DNA of 58,700 bases, from NCBI RefSeq assembly GCF_002105155.1, contig NW_019028997.1, forward strand, positions 682,001 through 740,700. The letters are read 5' to 3'. Under the pieces are notes generated by a model. It was not told where the DNA came from. It was given only the letters and a program-made list of their open reading frames with translations, and made no database searches. A program made the translations under genes and the position numbers. The stretch is from Lobosporangium transversale. Its lineage: Eukaryota. Below, in pieces: positions 39,251 to 51,351 of the stretch (within the stretch, counting starts at the first letter, position 1; every line of letters begins with the position of its first letter).

Positions 39251-39358
39251 ATGGCTTTCTTCTGCCTCTCAACTCCTCGTGCTCAGAACAACAGAAACAG
39301 ATACACCCAACCGAAGACCTCATTCGATAGACATAGACCAACCAAACGACCGTCTTAA
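39251..39358 (+). promoter_or_regulatory. uORF2 of the GCN4/CPC-1-like gene (35 codons)
   Basis: CAAAAATGGCT...CCGTCTTAA encodes MAFFCLSTPRAQNNRNRYTQPKTSFDRHRPTKRPS* and ends about 200 nt before the main ATG. Confidence 0.7.
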
Positions 39359-39555
39359 AAAAAACGCAGCCCTTTCACTTTATTCATTGACTTTTTCTTT
39401 TTTTTTTTTTTTTTTTCCTCATTTTCTATTGAACAAATCATTCAAAACGTTCCATTATCAAAGCCCCTCTCTCTTCTATTCCAATTCCTTGTTTTTGATA
39501 ATTTCATTTCAAAACTATACTTCTACAAAAAAAAAAAAAGGAAAAGAAACAAAGT

Positions 39556-41293
39556 ATGAATACATCAATCATGAATATCGTCGCCAACAGCAACAGCCAA
39601 TCCGGCGCCGCTGCGTTTGGAGCAGCTGAGCGCCTGCTCAAGTCCGCAGATGCTCTTAATTTTGCATTAACTGGTTCAGGTACGATAGGAACCAAAAAAA
39701 AAAAAAAAAAAAAAAAAAATTGTGTGCTTTGTTTGTTTGAATGAATGAGCCTCAGCAAAAACAAACAACCAATGTTATATACTCATTTGACTGTTGTTGT
39801 GGATGACTCGAGTGTGTCAGCTGACCAGACCCTGACACATTCTGGTCATCTCGCGTGGATTGTTCGGAGTGTGAATTCAAAACCTTTTTATGTCATTTAT
39901 TAAAACTGTATTTCTTCACTTTTTTTTTCTTTGAACTATTGCCTCCATTTTTTTTTTTTTTTTTAAAAATAATTTACCATAAACAGACAAGAAGAACACG
40001 GAATACTCTCGACAAGATTTGCTTGGGTTTAGCAGTTTGGATCTTGTCGCTGATTCGACCGAACTCACCACTTCTTTGTTTGACGATTGGCTTTCCGGTG
40101 ATCTGCAGCAAGCTGGCTTTAGCGGCGACGATTCTTCGTCCGACTCGGACTCTAGCTGCCATAGCCATAGCCCTGTTCTCTCCCTCAAAAGTGATTCGCC
40201 TGCTCTCGGATTTGATTCCATTACCTCGGACGCAGACTTGATTCACTCGCCTACATTTGGATCGACTATGGGTTTCTTCCCCGATATCAACCTCACTGCC
40301 AGTCGCTTGTTCGCAAACCTCAACGATGGTACTAATATTGACACGAACTCGCCCCTTAATGCCTCCGCCAACAACCATGTCGTTGCTACGACAGCCACAG
40401 ATGCAAGCAATATTAACAGTGCAGCAACTACATCATCCCCCATGATGCCTTTGACCCCCGAGGCTGTTCGACAAGCCGCTATTGCGCTCAACATCCCATG
40501 GAGCAAAGCGTTGGAAGAAGCTGTGTTGGCACAGTCATTGTTGGCATCTCTCCCTATGACTTTGCCCATTATGACAACGCCCCTTAGACAGTCCACGACG
40601 CCGTCACAACCAACGACGCCCCCTCAGTCCAATGCCACTGTTACTTCCATTGCCAACATGGTGCCTAAACAAGGCGCTAGTATTAATGTCGCTCACGACA
40701 GTACCATGGATATATCCCCTCCATGCACGCCTGTGATGTCCACAATCTCAAGCCTGTCTCCCCTGTATACCCAACCTATGGGGAGCCCTTCATCCTCTTC
40801 CTTGGCCAGTCCCTTGTCACCGACGATGACAATGGCGACTACGAGCCCAAAGTCATCAGCACCGTCTACTCCGAGGCTATCTATTTTGAGTAGCACACAG
40901 ACTCGTTTGCCTATTGGCAATAGCAACACCACGATCCAGGCAACGACCTACAAGAGTACTTACAGGACTGCATCGCTTTTCAAGCGAAATCGTGAGTTGG
41001 AGCAACCCCCATCGGTTTTGGATGGCAAGGACCTTTCAGAGCTGGATGAGGTGGCATTGAAGCGAGCCAAGAACACGGATGCAGCCCGTCGATCTCGTCA
41101 CAAGAAGTTGGTTCGGATGGAAAGTCTTGAGCAACGTGTTGCAGAATTGGAGGTTGAGAACTCGATGTTCGAGTCAAAGTTGAATGAAGTGGAATTGGAA
41201 CGGTCCTTGTTGGCGGATAAGGATCAGATGCAACAGGCTCGTATCCAGGAGCTTGAGCAAATGCTTGCATCTATGCGGGAAAAACAGTATTAA
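39556..41293 (+). CDS. GCN4: GCN4/CPC-1/CpcA-like bZIP transcription factor, 2 exons
   Basis: Exons 39556-39679 and 39987-41293 are phase compatible. Basic region KRAKNTDAARRSRHKK followed by a leucine zipper; acidic/hydrophobic activation-like segment (LFDDWL); upstream uORFs. Confidence 0.88.
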
Positions 41294-41999
41294 AAAAAAA
41301 AAAAAAAAAAAAAAAACATAAGGTCATTAGAACTCTCCTTTCTTTCTCATTTCATTCCTATTAGCATTGATCATTATACATGTAGTCTATTTTGCATAAA
41401 AGTAAAAGATAAAAAAGACAAAAAAGTATACATATACATACACACTCCCCCTTCACGAAGAACGAGATGTTGAGTATTTGTCAAGTTTTTCTATAAATCT
41501 TAAACTATGATTGGCTAAGAACACATTTCAATAGCTCTACCCTATTATCTTTCACCATCATCGACACACGTACGTGAAGAATCTCTTGACATTCTCAATT
41601 GACACATTTGTCTAAAAAGGAAATTCTAGCCACCTCATTTGACCCACAAGTCATATCAACTACACCATGGAAGACCAGCTATGCAATCAAACAAAACGAG
41701 TGGTCACCTCATTCTGTCTTTAAATGTAGGTGAGATATCCTCCATCATGCTACTAAGCTAATAATATATACTAACATACGATAGTGGCACAGAGTTCACA
41801 GGTGAAAATCATTAAACCGACTAACATAGTGGACTTTTTCAGGCGCCTTTGCAATGGTGCCAAAATATTGTCATAATGGCAACGCACTAGGCCGTGGAAG
41901 TGATGTCTTACTGACCACTTCAATCTTCCTGTACTTCGAAAGGAGAGCTCACCCAGCATCCACCCCAGAGGTGGGGAAAACTTCTTTTTTGTTTTATTT

Positions 42000-42038
<39 letters not shown>

Positions 42039-42456
42039 GAAGAGACCTTGCTTTTTGATCCTTTGATATCAGGTCTTCCTACAAAAGCTGAATTCAGTAA
42101 GGATTAGGCTGTGCATCCGTGGTTAGGGAGGAAAGCTGGCTTTGACTATCGCAAGACAGATAGTTTCGTTGCCAGAGGAAGTGAAGTAATAGAACTAAGC
42201 ACATCACTCAATCCTAAATGATGCAAAAGACAACCTTTTGGGAAGCAAATTCTACTCATTACACAACACTACATGTCACATTACAATTTTCGACAGACAT
42301 AGATGGCCACCCCATTCAATTCTACAGCGCCGTCTTCTTAGTTGATGGTTTAAATTGCTTCATCTCATACTTTGATACAGCTATTGATTTATTGGAAATT
42401 TGTCTACTTTAAGCGATTATTTTCATTATTGAGATGGAATCTTTATAAGAACAAGG

Positions 42457-42520
42457 TCAAGGTCTCTTTTTCTTAATAGCTTTCTTGAGGTCGCGAATAG
42501 TTTGATTGGAATCAATGGTA
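42457..42520 (-). pseudogene. Small relic of a CRN header domain
   Basis: The minus strand reads TIDSNQTIRDLKKAIKKKRP*, which resembles the CRN ubiquitin-like header helix. Confidence 0.35.
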
Positions 42521-42935
42521 TCGATTATGGCTTCGGCAATATATAAAGCTTCGGTTCAGTTGGCTCAGGAAACTCGCTGTTCTCGAGTCTTGCTTGGAGT
42601 CATTGCTCGGCAGCACCACGTATAGTCGAAGAACGGGAGACAGGACAGGACGTTCAGTTAGTTCAGGAGACTAGTTGCTCTTGGGGCTTGTGGAGGTAAG
42701 ATTGGTCATTGCTCGGCAGCACCGCGTATCGAAAGACGGTATGACAAAAGTAAAAAAGCGATTCACACCCGTGACCCATCCTAGGCATTGTCATGCGATT
42801 CACCCATGAGGCTAGGCATTGTCACGCGATTCATCACTTGATCATCATTGTCATAGCCACTTGGACGAGAGATGGTACTGGCGACTGTTCGATAGTTTTC
42901 CAAATCTGCTCTGATTTCACCGCAATTTAGCGAAA

Positions 42936-45900
42936 ATGATTAGCAAGGTAGCGAAGAAGCCAGAACTTGGTCATGCTGCCGCAGATAAGCTAACTCTCTA
43001 CAAAGTCTTCATTGACGAAGACAAGACCGTCATTGAGTCAGAAATTGTGTCGAAAGAGACTCTCGTACCCGCGTCAATGAGATATTTAATTCTGACCTTC
43101 CAAGGAAAACTATCCATGTTTTTGTCAAGCCACCACAGCGAGGTATGTATTTGGCTCTTGATGGACTGATTGTTGATATTTCTAGCTGATGAAGCTTGGT
43201 TTATATCTTAAACGGCCATGTGCATGATATCACCATTTGGTTTGTGTCTTGATAACTCAACGTTCTTTCTAATTATTCGCTTTTGATACTTAGCTCAGAA
43301 AAGAAAACTAGATGGAGATTCTGGTGAGTGCTTTTGGCCGAGAACCTGGTTATTGATCAATTTAGAGTGATGTGCAATAAATCAAGAATATTGACTTTGA
43401 TCACTCTATCTCCTTTATCGGAGTCACCCTCTAAAAAAGCTCATCCAAGCATGAGTAGCAGAGGTGCTCTTAGGGATGCGATTACAGAAGCAGCAGGGCT
43501 TGTAACGAAAGGGATAGTGAATGGTAGCCCTGTCATCTCGCCTCTCAACTCGAAAGAGGGGGGTCAAGGTGCTTTCGTACATGAGGGAGGAGTTATCAGG
43601 AGATAGTATTTACTACAGAGATCTGAGCCTGAAGAGAAAGGGCGTGATGTTTTGATTTCCAGCACGTGCTGGAAGAAAACGAGCACAAACTTGTCGCTCA
43701 TACAGCACAAACCTATTGCCCAAACAGCACAAACCTAATGCCCAAACAGCACAAGCTGATTGCCCAAACAGCGCGAACCTGTTCTGAAACAGCGTGAACC
43801 TGTTCTGAAACAGCACAAACCTTTTCTAAAACAGCGCGAACCTGTTCTGAAAACAGCACAAACCTATTGCACAAACAGCGCTAACCTGAAGAAAAGCACA
43901 CAGGCTTAAAAAAATCCACAATCATCTGCATGCATAACAGGCTTCTTCTCTTTTCGCACTACCATTGCCATTGCCATTGCCATTGCCATTCTCATTCAAT
44001 TCTCAGAGAACCTTCTGCATCATCCCTAAAGACACGCTTAATACCACGAACAGTTGACAGATTAACTTTATTTGTCTGATCTTGTCTCGCAAAGCGGCCA
44101 TGTACTTTAATAATTCAGTAAATGCTCGGCATCTCTGCCTCTGCTTTCTCTTTATTACTAATGTTGACTATATATAGTCAAAGCCAACTTCTACTTCCAT
44201 AGCTAGGCTTCTATATCTCTATATCTCAAAGATCTTAAAGACCAATAATGATTGTCTGTGACGCCAAGTAACACTGATACGATTGTACTAGATTCTTCTC
44301 TTGCCACTCTTCGTCATACTCTTCGCCATACTCTTCGCCATGCTCTTTGTCGAACAAGAAATTTTCACTCTTATCATTCATCGTTGAGTAAAAAAAAGGA
44401 ATTGCGTTTCAAGGTCAGGCAGACTGATTCAGGAAGAGGAATGGAAAGTGGGTGCATGAAGAGAATGAATGAGAACAGAAAAAATTTTATTAAACAAAAC
44501 AAGCATATGGACACAAAAAGTTTTATCGCATATTGAGCGTTCTCTCCTCCACGAGGGGAACAAACTGTTTTTTGTGGATTGAGTAAATGGGCTCAACATA
44601 TTTAAAGATTGTTCCCTTTGTCTCTTTGCGAAGGCTGTTGCAAGAAGAATCTAGTACAATCGTATCAGTGTTACTTGGCGTCACAGACAATCATTATTGG
44701 TCTTTAAGATCTTTGAGATATAGAGATATAGAAGCCTAGCTATGGAAGTAGAAGTTGGCTTTGACTATATATAGTCAACATTAGTAATAAAGAGAAAGCA
44801 GAGGCAGAGATGCCGAGCATTTACTGAATTATTAAAGTACATGGCCGCTTTGCGAGACAAGATCAGACAAATAAAGTTAATCTGTCAACTGTTCGTGGTA
44901 TTAAGCGTGTCTTTAGGGATGATGCAGAAGGTTCTCTGAGAATTGAATGAGAATGGCAATGGCAATGGCAATGGCAATGGTAGTGCGAAAAGAGAAGAAG
45001 CCTGTTATGCATGCAGATGATTGTGGATTTTTTTAAGCCTGTGTGCTTTTCTTCAGGTTAGCGCTGTTTGTGCAATAGGTTTGTGCTGTTTTCAGAACAG
45101 GTTCGCGCTGTTTTAGAAAAGGTTTGTGCTGTTTCAGAACAGGTTCACGCTGTTTCAGAACAGGTTCGCGCTGTTTGGGCAATCAGCTTGTGCTGTTTGG
45201 GCATTAGGTTTGTGCTGTTTGGGCAATAGGTTTGTGCTGTATGAGCGACAAGTTTGTGCTCGTTTTCTTCCAGCACGTGCTGGAAATCAAAACATCACGC
45301 CCTTTCTCTTCAGGCTGATTTACTACAGCATTGTTAGTGTGGCTTGCGAGCTCCGAAATTCTGGTGAAGGATTCCAAACTATTGACTGCCCCTGAGGGTC
45401 GTATCTTCCCTGTTGCCAGAACAAGGCATCTTTATATCAGAAAAGAATATAAAGAGCTTTATGACCATATTACATCTAGATTCAGCACCCCTCATGAAGC
45501 TAGTTTGAACCGAATTTTTGTCACTGGAACGCCTGGAATTGGGAAGTCAGCCTTTTTGGTCTATTTTGCCATCCGGCTCCTTGCAGAGCATGACGAGGAG
45601 AATCCACCGATTATTGTTTTCCATGAAAAGAAGAATACCGAATGTTATGCCTACGGAGGAACAACTTGCCAACGTTATGGAGAGAGAGTAGATTTCAAAC
45701 ATTTTCTTGCGCAACGTGAAACGCGGTATTTAGTTGACAGTGGTTACCATCCTCAACCAGATCAAGCCAGGACGACATTTTCGGCATCACCAAAAACTCT
45801 CTATGGGCAGTATGATGAATTCACAAAGGAAACTTCACGCAGTGGCTACTATCACATGTCACTCTGGTAGAGCCAATGTAGAGTATTATCATCCAGTGGA

Positions 45901-46798
45901 TGAAACATTTTTGGAGGAACTTTTTTGCAACTTGGGGGAGTGCCAAGGCAGGTCCTACAGGGTCCAGCTAATGTACTATCCAAAAATCAAAAAGATATTG
46001 TCAGCGCTAGAAAGGCTGCATTTCAGTTTGTTAATGATGCCATTGGCGTACTCCAGTCCCCAAGAGATCTTTCAGACCTCTTTAGAGTAGGAGATAAAGC
46101 GGGTGGTCATTTACTCCATAGAGTCCCCACTTCTGACCACCTCGACTTCCACCTGGTATGGGCATCTCCTTATGTTCGATCAAGGATCATCATGGAAATA
46201 GATCAGACTCGGATCGACGTGTTGAAGCGACTTGTCAAAGTTGGCAGTGAAAGAGTTAAAGGACCTTCGTTTGAACTCCATGTTCACTATTTAATTCGAT
46301 GTGGTGGACTTAGATTTCCATTTAAGGACCTACAGTCAGACGAAACAGCATTCCTTGATCTTCCGAGGGACTCGGAAGGATTATTTACCAGGACTACAGC
46401 AGATTTTTCAACATTCTCCAAAACAACAGACAAGTTGTTTCTACCATCTATACCCAACTTTCCGTGCATTGATTTTGCATTGGGACCCAACAAGCTATTT
46501 CAGGTCACAGTATCAGAGAAACATCCAATCAAGCAAGCACCATTCAAGGAGATAATTGATTATATTACCGGACCCTGCTCGAAGGGAAACCGATCAAAGT
46601 TGAAGGGAAGTGATGATACTATTTTCCTCTATTTTGTGGTACCAGGTTACATATATCATATTTAAGGTTCAGAAGTTTGTTATTAACGATAGTCAGGATG
46701 CCAAGGCAATACCTGGATACTTGAAACATGTAAGACAGCGTGTCATAAAAATCGACATCGATGCTGGATATTCAGGCGGTACGAACCTGAAGAATTAA
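42936..46798 (+). pseudogene. Crinkler copy 1 (header, P-loop NTPase, REase), disrupted
   Basis: Homologous to 48861-51302 and 57140-58700. It is 5'-truncated, the intron 2 acceptor is mutated AG to GG, it has frameshifts and a deletion of about 23 nt near 45867, and it carries a 1.7-kb insertion. It retains VTGTPGIGKS, GGVPR and FPCIDFALGPNKLFQVTVSEKH. Confidence 0.85.
43619..45317. mobile_element. Non-autonomous foldback/Mutator-like element with 674-bp inverted arms
   Basis: 43626-44299 is the reverse complement of 44643-45316, around a 343-bp spacer. The arms hold about 10 subterminal 20-22-bp tandem repeats (AAACAGCACAAACCT.../AAACAGCGCGAACCTGTTCTG). ATTTACTACAG is duplicated at 43608-43618 and 45318-45328 but occurs once in the paralogous empty sites. 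Confidence 0.9.
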
Positions 46799-48860
46799 AT
46801 CGAATACCAATCAAGTGGATGAAAATTTGTCTTATAAAAGAAAGCATTATACCTGTTCCTTGAGGATTTTTTACAATGGTTCATTCTTTATGAATGAAGC
46901 CATCATTATCCACTTACCCTTTAGACAAAGGCGATGGCGCTTTTAAATCGGTCCTACACACACATTTATTGAGGGTCCGTCATAACCGCTGTTGCATATT
47001 TCGTTTAATTGCATATTTGATCACATGTACAAAAGGATAACTGCAGCCGTCCAGCCCACATAAATAGGATCTTTATGTATAGAAAACAAATGAATAAATA
47101 CTCAGATAATGTGGTGCTGCGTGCAATGTTTTAACCTAATTGATATGTTTATAACATGATCTCTGTCACTTAGGCATTCTCTTGGATCGTGTTATTCGTC
47201 TATTTTTTGAGTTGGCTTTATTAGATAGTTGTACCATTTTTGACTTATTAACCTCTGGTGTTGCTTCAAGAGATGCTTCGACTTGGGAATTTTTCAAATA
47301 TAAAAAAGAGACCTCCAGCCAAAATGTCAAGTTTGGTCCCAGCCTGTGCATGTGCACATGAACTTCGTCCTCAGGGCCTAGATAGTTGACGACTTCTATC
47401 ATGCACAAGTGTGGCTTGCATTGCCAAGCTCTTTCTTTTTTTTTTATTTTTTTTTTTTTATTAACGTACTTCGTTATGAAGCTTGGGAGTTTTTTGGATC
47501 TTCAAGGAGTATGTGATGAGCCAATAAAGGGTTGTATGGTGCACAGGCACAAAATCTTAATAGCATGATCAACTCATGAGAATGTGTCAATATTCCTTCG
47601 AAAAGCTGAATGGCCTATATGAGGAATGAACAAGTATTGACAGGGTATATTGCCTAGTTGATTATACGTGTTACTTTTTTTTTTTGTAAATCGAGTTAGT
47701 CCAATGGCCTGTTTTTGGCGTAGAAAAAATATCAATGGAGACTCGACTCGAGATCCGCACAGCACAGAAGAAAAGTAACATTTAATAATAATTATCTAAA
47801 TCTATACTGGTTAAATTGCACTAATAGTATACGCGTGACTTGAGTAATAGAAAAGAGATATAATTCATCGGTGATATCCTTGGACTGAAAGCAGAACTCT
47901 ATTCTGAGTGAATAGGAGGAACTAACTTATTAAAGGTGCCGTGTGCTCTTTAAGAAGTAATACGATCATAGTACCGGCATCATATGGAGCTACTATAGAA
48001 AATAAAACAAATAGAGATTGCTTCTATCTAACGCTCCTTTTCGGCCCAAAGTGAGGACAATAGCTCTGTATACTGCCTGGAAATGTAAAACTGTTTTCAG
48101 TTCAAAAAAATCTCCACTGCTGCACAAGCAATGATAATAAACAGCCATTTTATGCAGGACCCCATATAACACCGCACATATTGTATTGTATGTTAACGAT
48201 TGTCTTTATAGTAATCCACTTAACTTTCAGTGGATATTCTAACAACAGTCCTGCATCGTTCTTAGGGGCTCAATTGCAATAGAAGCTTTTAAGGCTATCA
48301 TAAACTGTAATCAAAGTTGTATTATAGTAAAAGCGGATAAAGTGATCAGTTGACATCTGGCAAATTCAAATTTATAATCCTTTTCAAATGTCCCCTTCAA
48401 TGATTATTTCAGTCCTCCTGAGGAATGAGCAAGTCGAGTGTGAACAAAAGTTTATCTGAGGGACATGGAAAATGAGAAATGAGTGAGTTCTTCGTGCACT
48501 AAAAGATTGTGGTTGGTTTTCACGTCACAATGACCAAGAAAATGGCACGTGGCTGATTTGAAAAAAAAAAAATTCTCACGCAAAGCCTAACCTTGAAATA
48601 AAGGAACAAATTTATCAGTTGTCGCTCCTTTCTTTCGCACTCTCCTTTTTCACTTTTTTCATATTTCATCACTTACCTCTTTTATTCATTCCAAGCCTTC
48701 ATTTATTGTCTTTCTTTTCCTTTCCTTCTTTTTTTTTTTGCCTTACATATTTTTCATTATTGTTTCCATACCGTGGCCACGGGTGAAAGAGTAAGAATAT
48801 ACCTTTGCCTATTTAGCCATCATTCTCCCTGCATTTCAACCACACTCATCTTAATTTTCA

Positions 48861-51302
48861 ATGGCCAGCACAAGGAGCTCAACACAAAAAAACATGGCTG
48901 CAAATGATTCGACAAGGAGCCAAGCACAAAAAAACATGGCTGCAAATAAGCCTGAGGATGCCTCCACACTCAATAAACGAAAAAGAGAAAACCAACACCC
49001 ACAACGAAAAAAGCGCGCCATCCCACTGCTGCTGAAGCTGAACTGCGTTGTTGAGGGGGAAGCAACGTCGTTCTCAGTAGAGATTTTCTCCGATAAATCG
49101 GTTGGGATGCTCAAGCAAGCCATCTATTTACCTGCTAGATTTGATGATATCCCACCAGAGAAGCTAACTCTCTACAAGGTCTCCATCCCTGACGAAGGCA
49201 AGACTGTCGTTGAGTCAGAAATTGTGTCGAAAGAGGCTCTCGCACCCGCGTCAAGGAAGCTTGGGGACATATTTAATTCCGAACTTCCAAGGAAAACGAT
49301 CCATGTTTTTGTCAAGCCACCGCAGCGAGGTATATCTTTGGCTCTTGATGGACTGATTGTTGATATTTCCAGTTGATGAAGCTTGGTTTATATCTTAAAC
49401 GGCCATGTGCATGATATCACCATTTGGTTTGTGTCTTGATAACTCAACGTTCTTTCTCATTATTCGCTTTTGATACTTAGCTCAGAAAAGAAAACAAGAT
49501 GAAGATTCTGGTGAGTGCTTTTGGCCGAGAAGCTGGTTATTGATCAATTTAGAGTGATGTGCAATAAATCAAGAATATTGACTTTGATCACTCTATCTCT
49601 TTTATCAGAGTCACCCTCTAAAAAAGCTCGTCCAAGTATAAGTAGCAGAAGTACTCTTAGGGATGCGATTACAGAAGCGGGGCTTGTAACGAAAGGGATA
49701 GTGAATGGTAGGCCTGTAATCTCGCCTCTAAACTCGAAAGAGAGGGTCAAAGTGCTTTCGTACATGGGAGAGGAGTTACCAGGAGATAGTATTTACTACA
49801 GCATTATTAGCGTGGCTCGCGAGCTCCGAAATTCTGGTGGTATCAAGGGTTCCAAAATATTAGCAGATTATGTGATATCCAGTCTACCAGGGATGGATCT
49901 TCCGGTGATCGATGCGCAAGATCTATATGTAAGAAAGGAATTCAAGGATCTCTACGATTTAATCACCAAACAGTTTTGCAACGCTGAGGACGATGCACGA
50001 AACCGTATTGTTGTTACAGGGACGGCTGGTATAGGGAAGTCATCCTTTCTCATATATTTTGCCATCCGACTACTTGCAACCAGTACCGAGGATGATCCAC
50101 CTATTGTCATCATCCAGCGAAAAGAAGATTCAATGTGCTACGCTTTTGATGGGTTATCTACTGTTCGAAGTGGAGATATAAAGGATTTCACCGCCTTCCT
50201 AGACCTACCTAACACTTGGTTCCTAGTCGACAGCACACCAAAGCCGGAGCTTACGGAGGCTCGAACTATCTTCTCAGTATCACCAAAGACGTTATTTTCC
50301 GAGTCCAACATGTATAAAGAAATTGTAAAGAGGGTGGTATGGATTTATTACATGGCACCATGGGAGCTGGATGAGTTAAGACAGTGTAGAAAAATGGTTC
50401 GGACCTTTAACATCGTCAGCGAAGAATTTATGATGGAGCTCTATGAGAAGATAGGTGGTGTGCCAAGGTATGTTCTCGAGAAACCAGCGAACCGACTGCA
50501 CTTTAATGAAAAAGATCTTGATGGAGCTAGGAGGGAAGCGTACAGTCACGTAGAAACAGCCCTCGACAACCTCAACGATCCATTGAAGCTGTTACAATAT
50601 TTTGAACAGGCCAAAGTTTCACTACAATATAGCAGCCCACTTCTTCATCGTCGTCCAATAGGAGATCACCAGCAATTTGTGTTAGAGTGGGCCTCTAATC
50701 ACATTCTCGAAAAGGTCGAAAAGGTGTACGAAGCAGCGGACGACAATACTTTTAACATGATATTGGATCGATTAGTCAATGGCAAAGTTAGAATATATCA
50801 AGGAGCTATGCTCGAGATATGTATACGTCGCATACTACGGAGAGGCGACTGTACCTTCGTGGCCAGGAGTCTAGATGTAGAGAAAAAGCAAGATATCACC
50901 ATCACCATCAATGCCAAGCCGACGGTTAAATTCTTCGAAGCTTTTGATGTTTACGAGAAATCGATGAAAGGAGAACTATGGATCCCAAAAAGCAAGACTT
51001 TTGCCTGCGTTGATATGCTAATAGCGCCGAATTATCTACTCCAGATTACGGCAAACGTAGATCATGGTATCAAGAGTGAATCTTGCAAAGAACTTCTTAA
51101 AAAGCTTCAAGAAAAAAAGTGGATTCGCTCAGAGAAGGACGTTGTATTGATTTTTGTTGTTCCAAAAGCTAAGGCTGGGGCTGATCGGGTGGATCCTAAA
51201 CCGACAAAAAAACTATCAAGTATCAAGCAATATGTCATGGAGGTAGACTTAAACGCAGAATTACAGCGAGGTAGACTTGAGGGCAGAACTAAAGAGGTAT
51301 AA
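48861..51302 (+). CDS. Crinkler copy 2, intact: NLS-like segment, ubiquitin-like CRN header, P-loop NTPase and REase-fold nuclease (RHS-like)
   Basis: Exons 48861-49329, 49481-49510 and 49609-51302. Header LNCVVEGE...LTLYKV...TIHVFVKPP; LYVR.E; Walker A VTGTAGIGKS; WFLVDS; FSVSP; YMAPWELDEL; GGVPRY; nuclease motif WIP...FACVDML...LLQIT...H. Confidence 0.9.
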
Positions 51303-51351
51303 AATAATAATTTGAGAATAGTACATCAAACTGCTTCCATAATAATTATAA

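Noticed and set aside
39400..39555. Non-AUG N-terminal extension of the GCN4-like ORF, as described for cpc-1
   Set aside because: In-frame TGA at 39496-39498; homopolymer errors could hide an extension, but there is no positive support.
43690..43890. Array of 20-22-bp repeats resembling CRISPR repeats or iterons
   Set aside because: No unique spacers, no cas genes and a eukaryotic context. They are subterminal repeats of the foldback element and are mirrored at about 45050-45250.
49515..49608. GTG-initiated N-terminus MLLAEKLVIDQF... in the ORF track (also at 43328 and 57752)
   Set aside because: Lies within intron 2 (GTGAGT...TCAG) of the CRN genes and is not coding.
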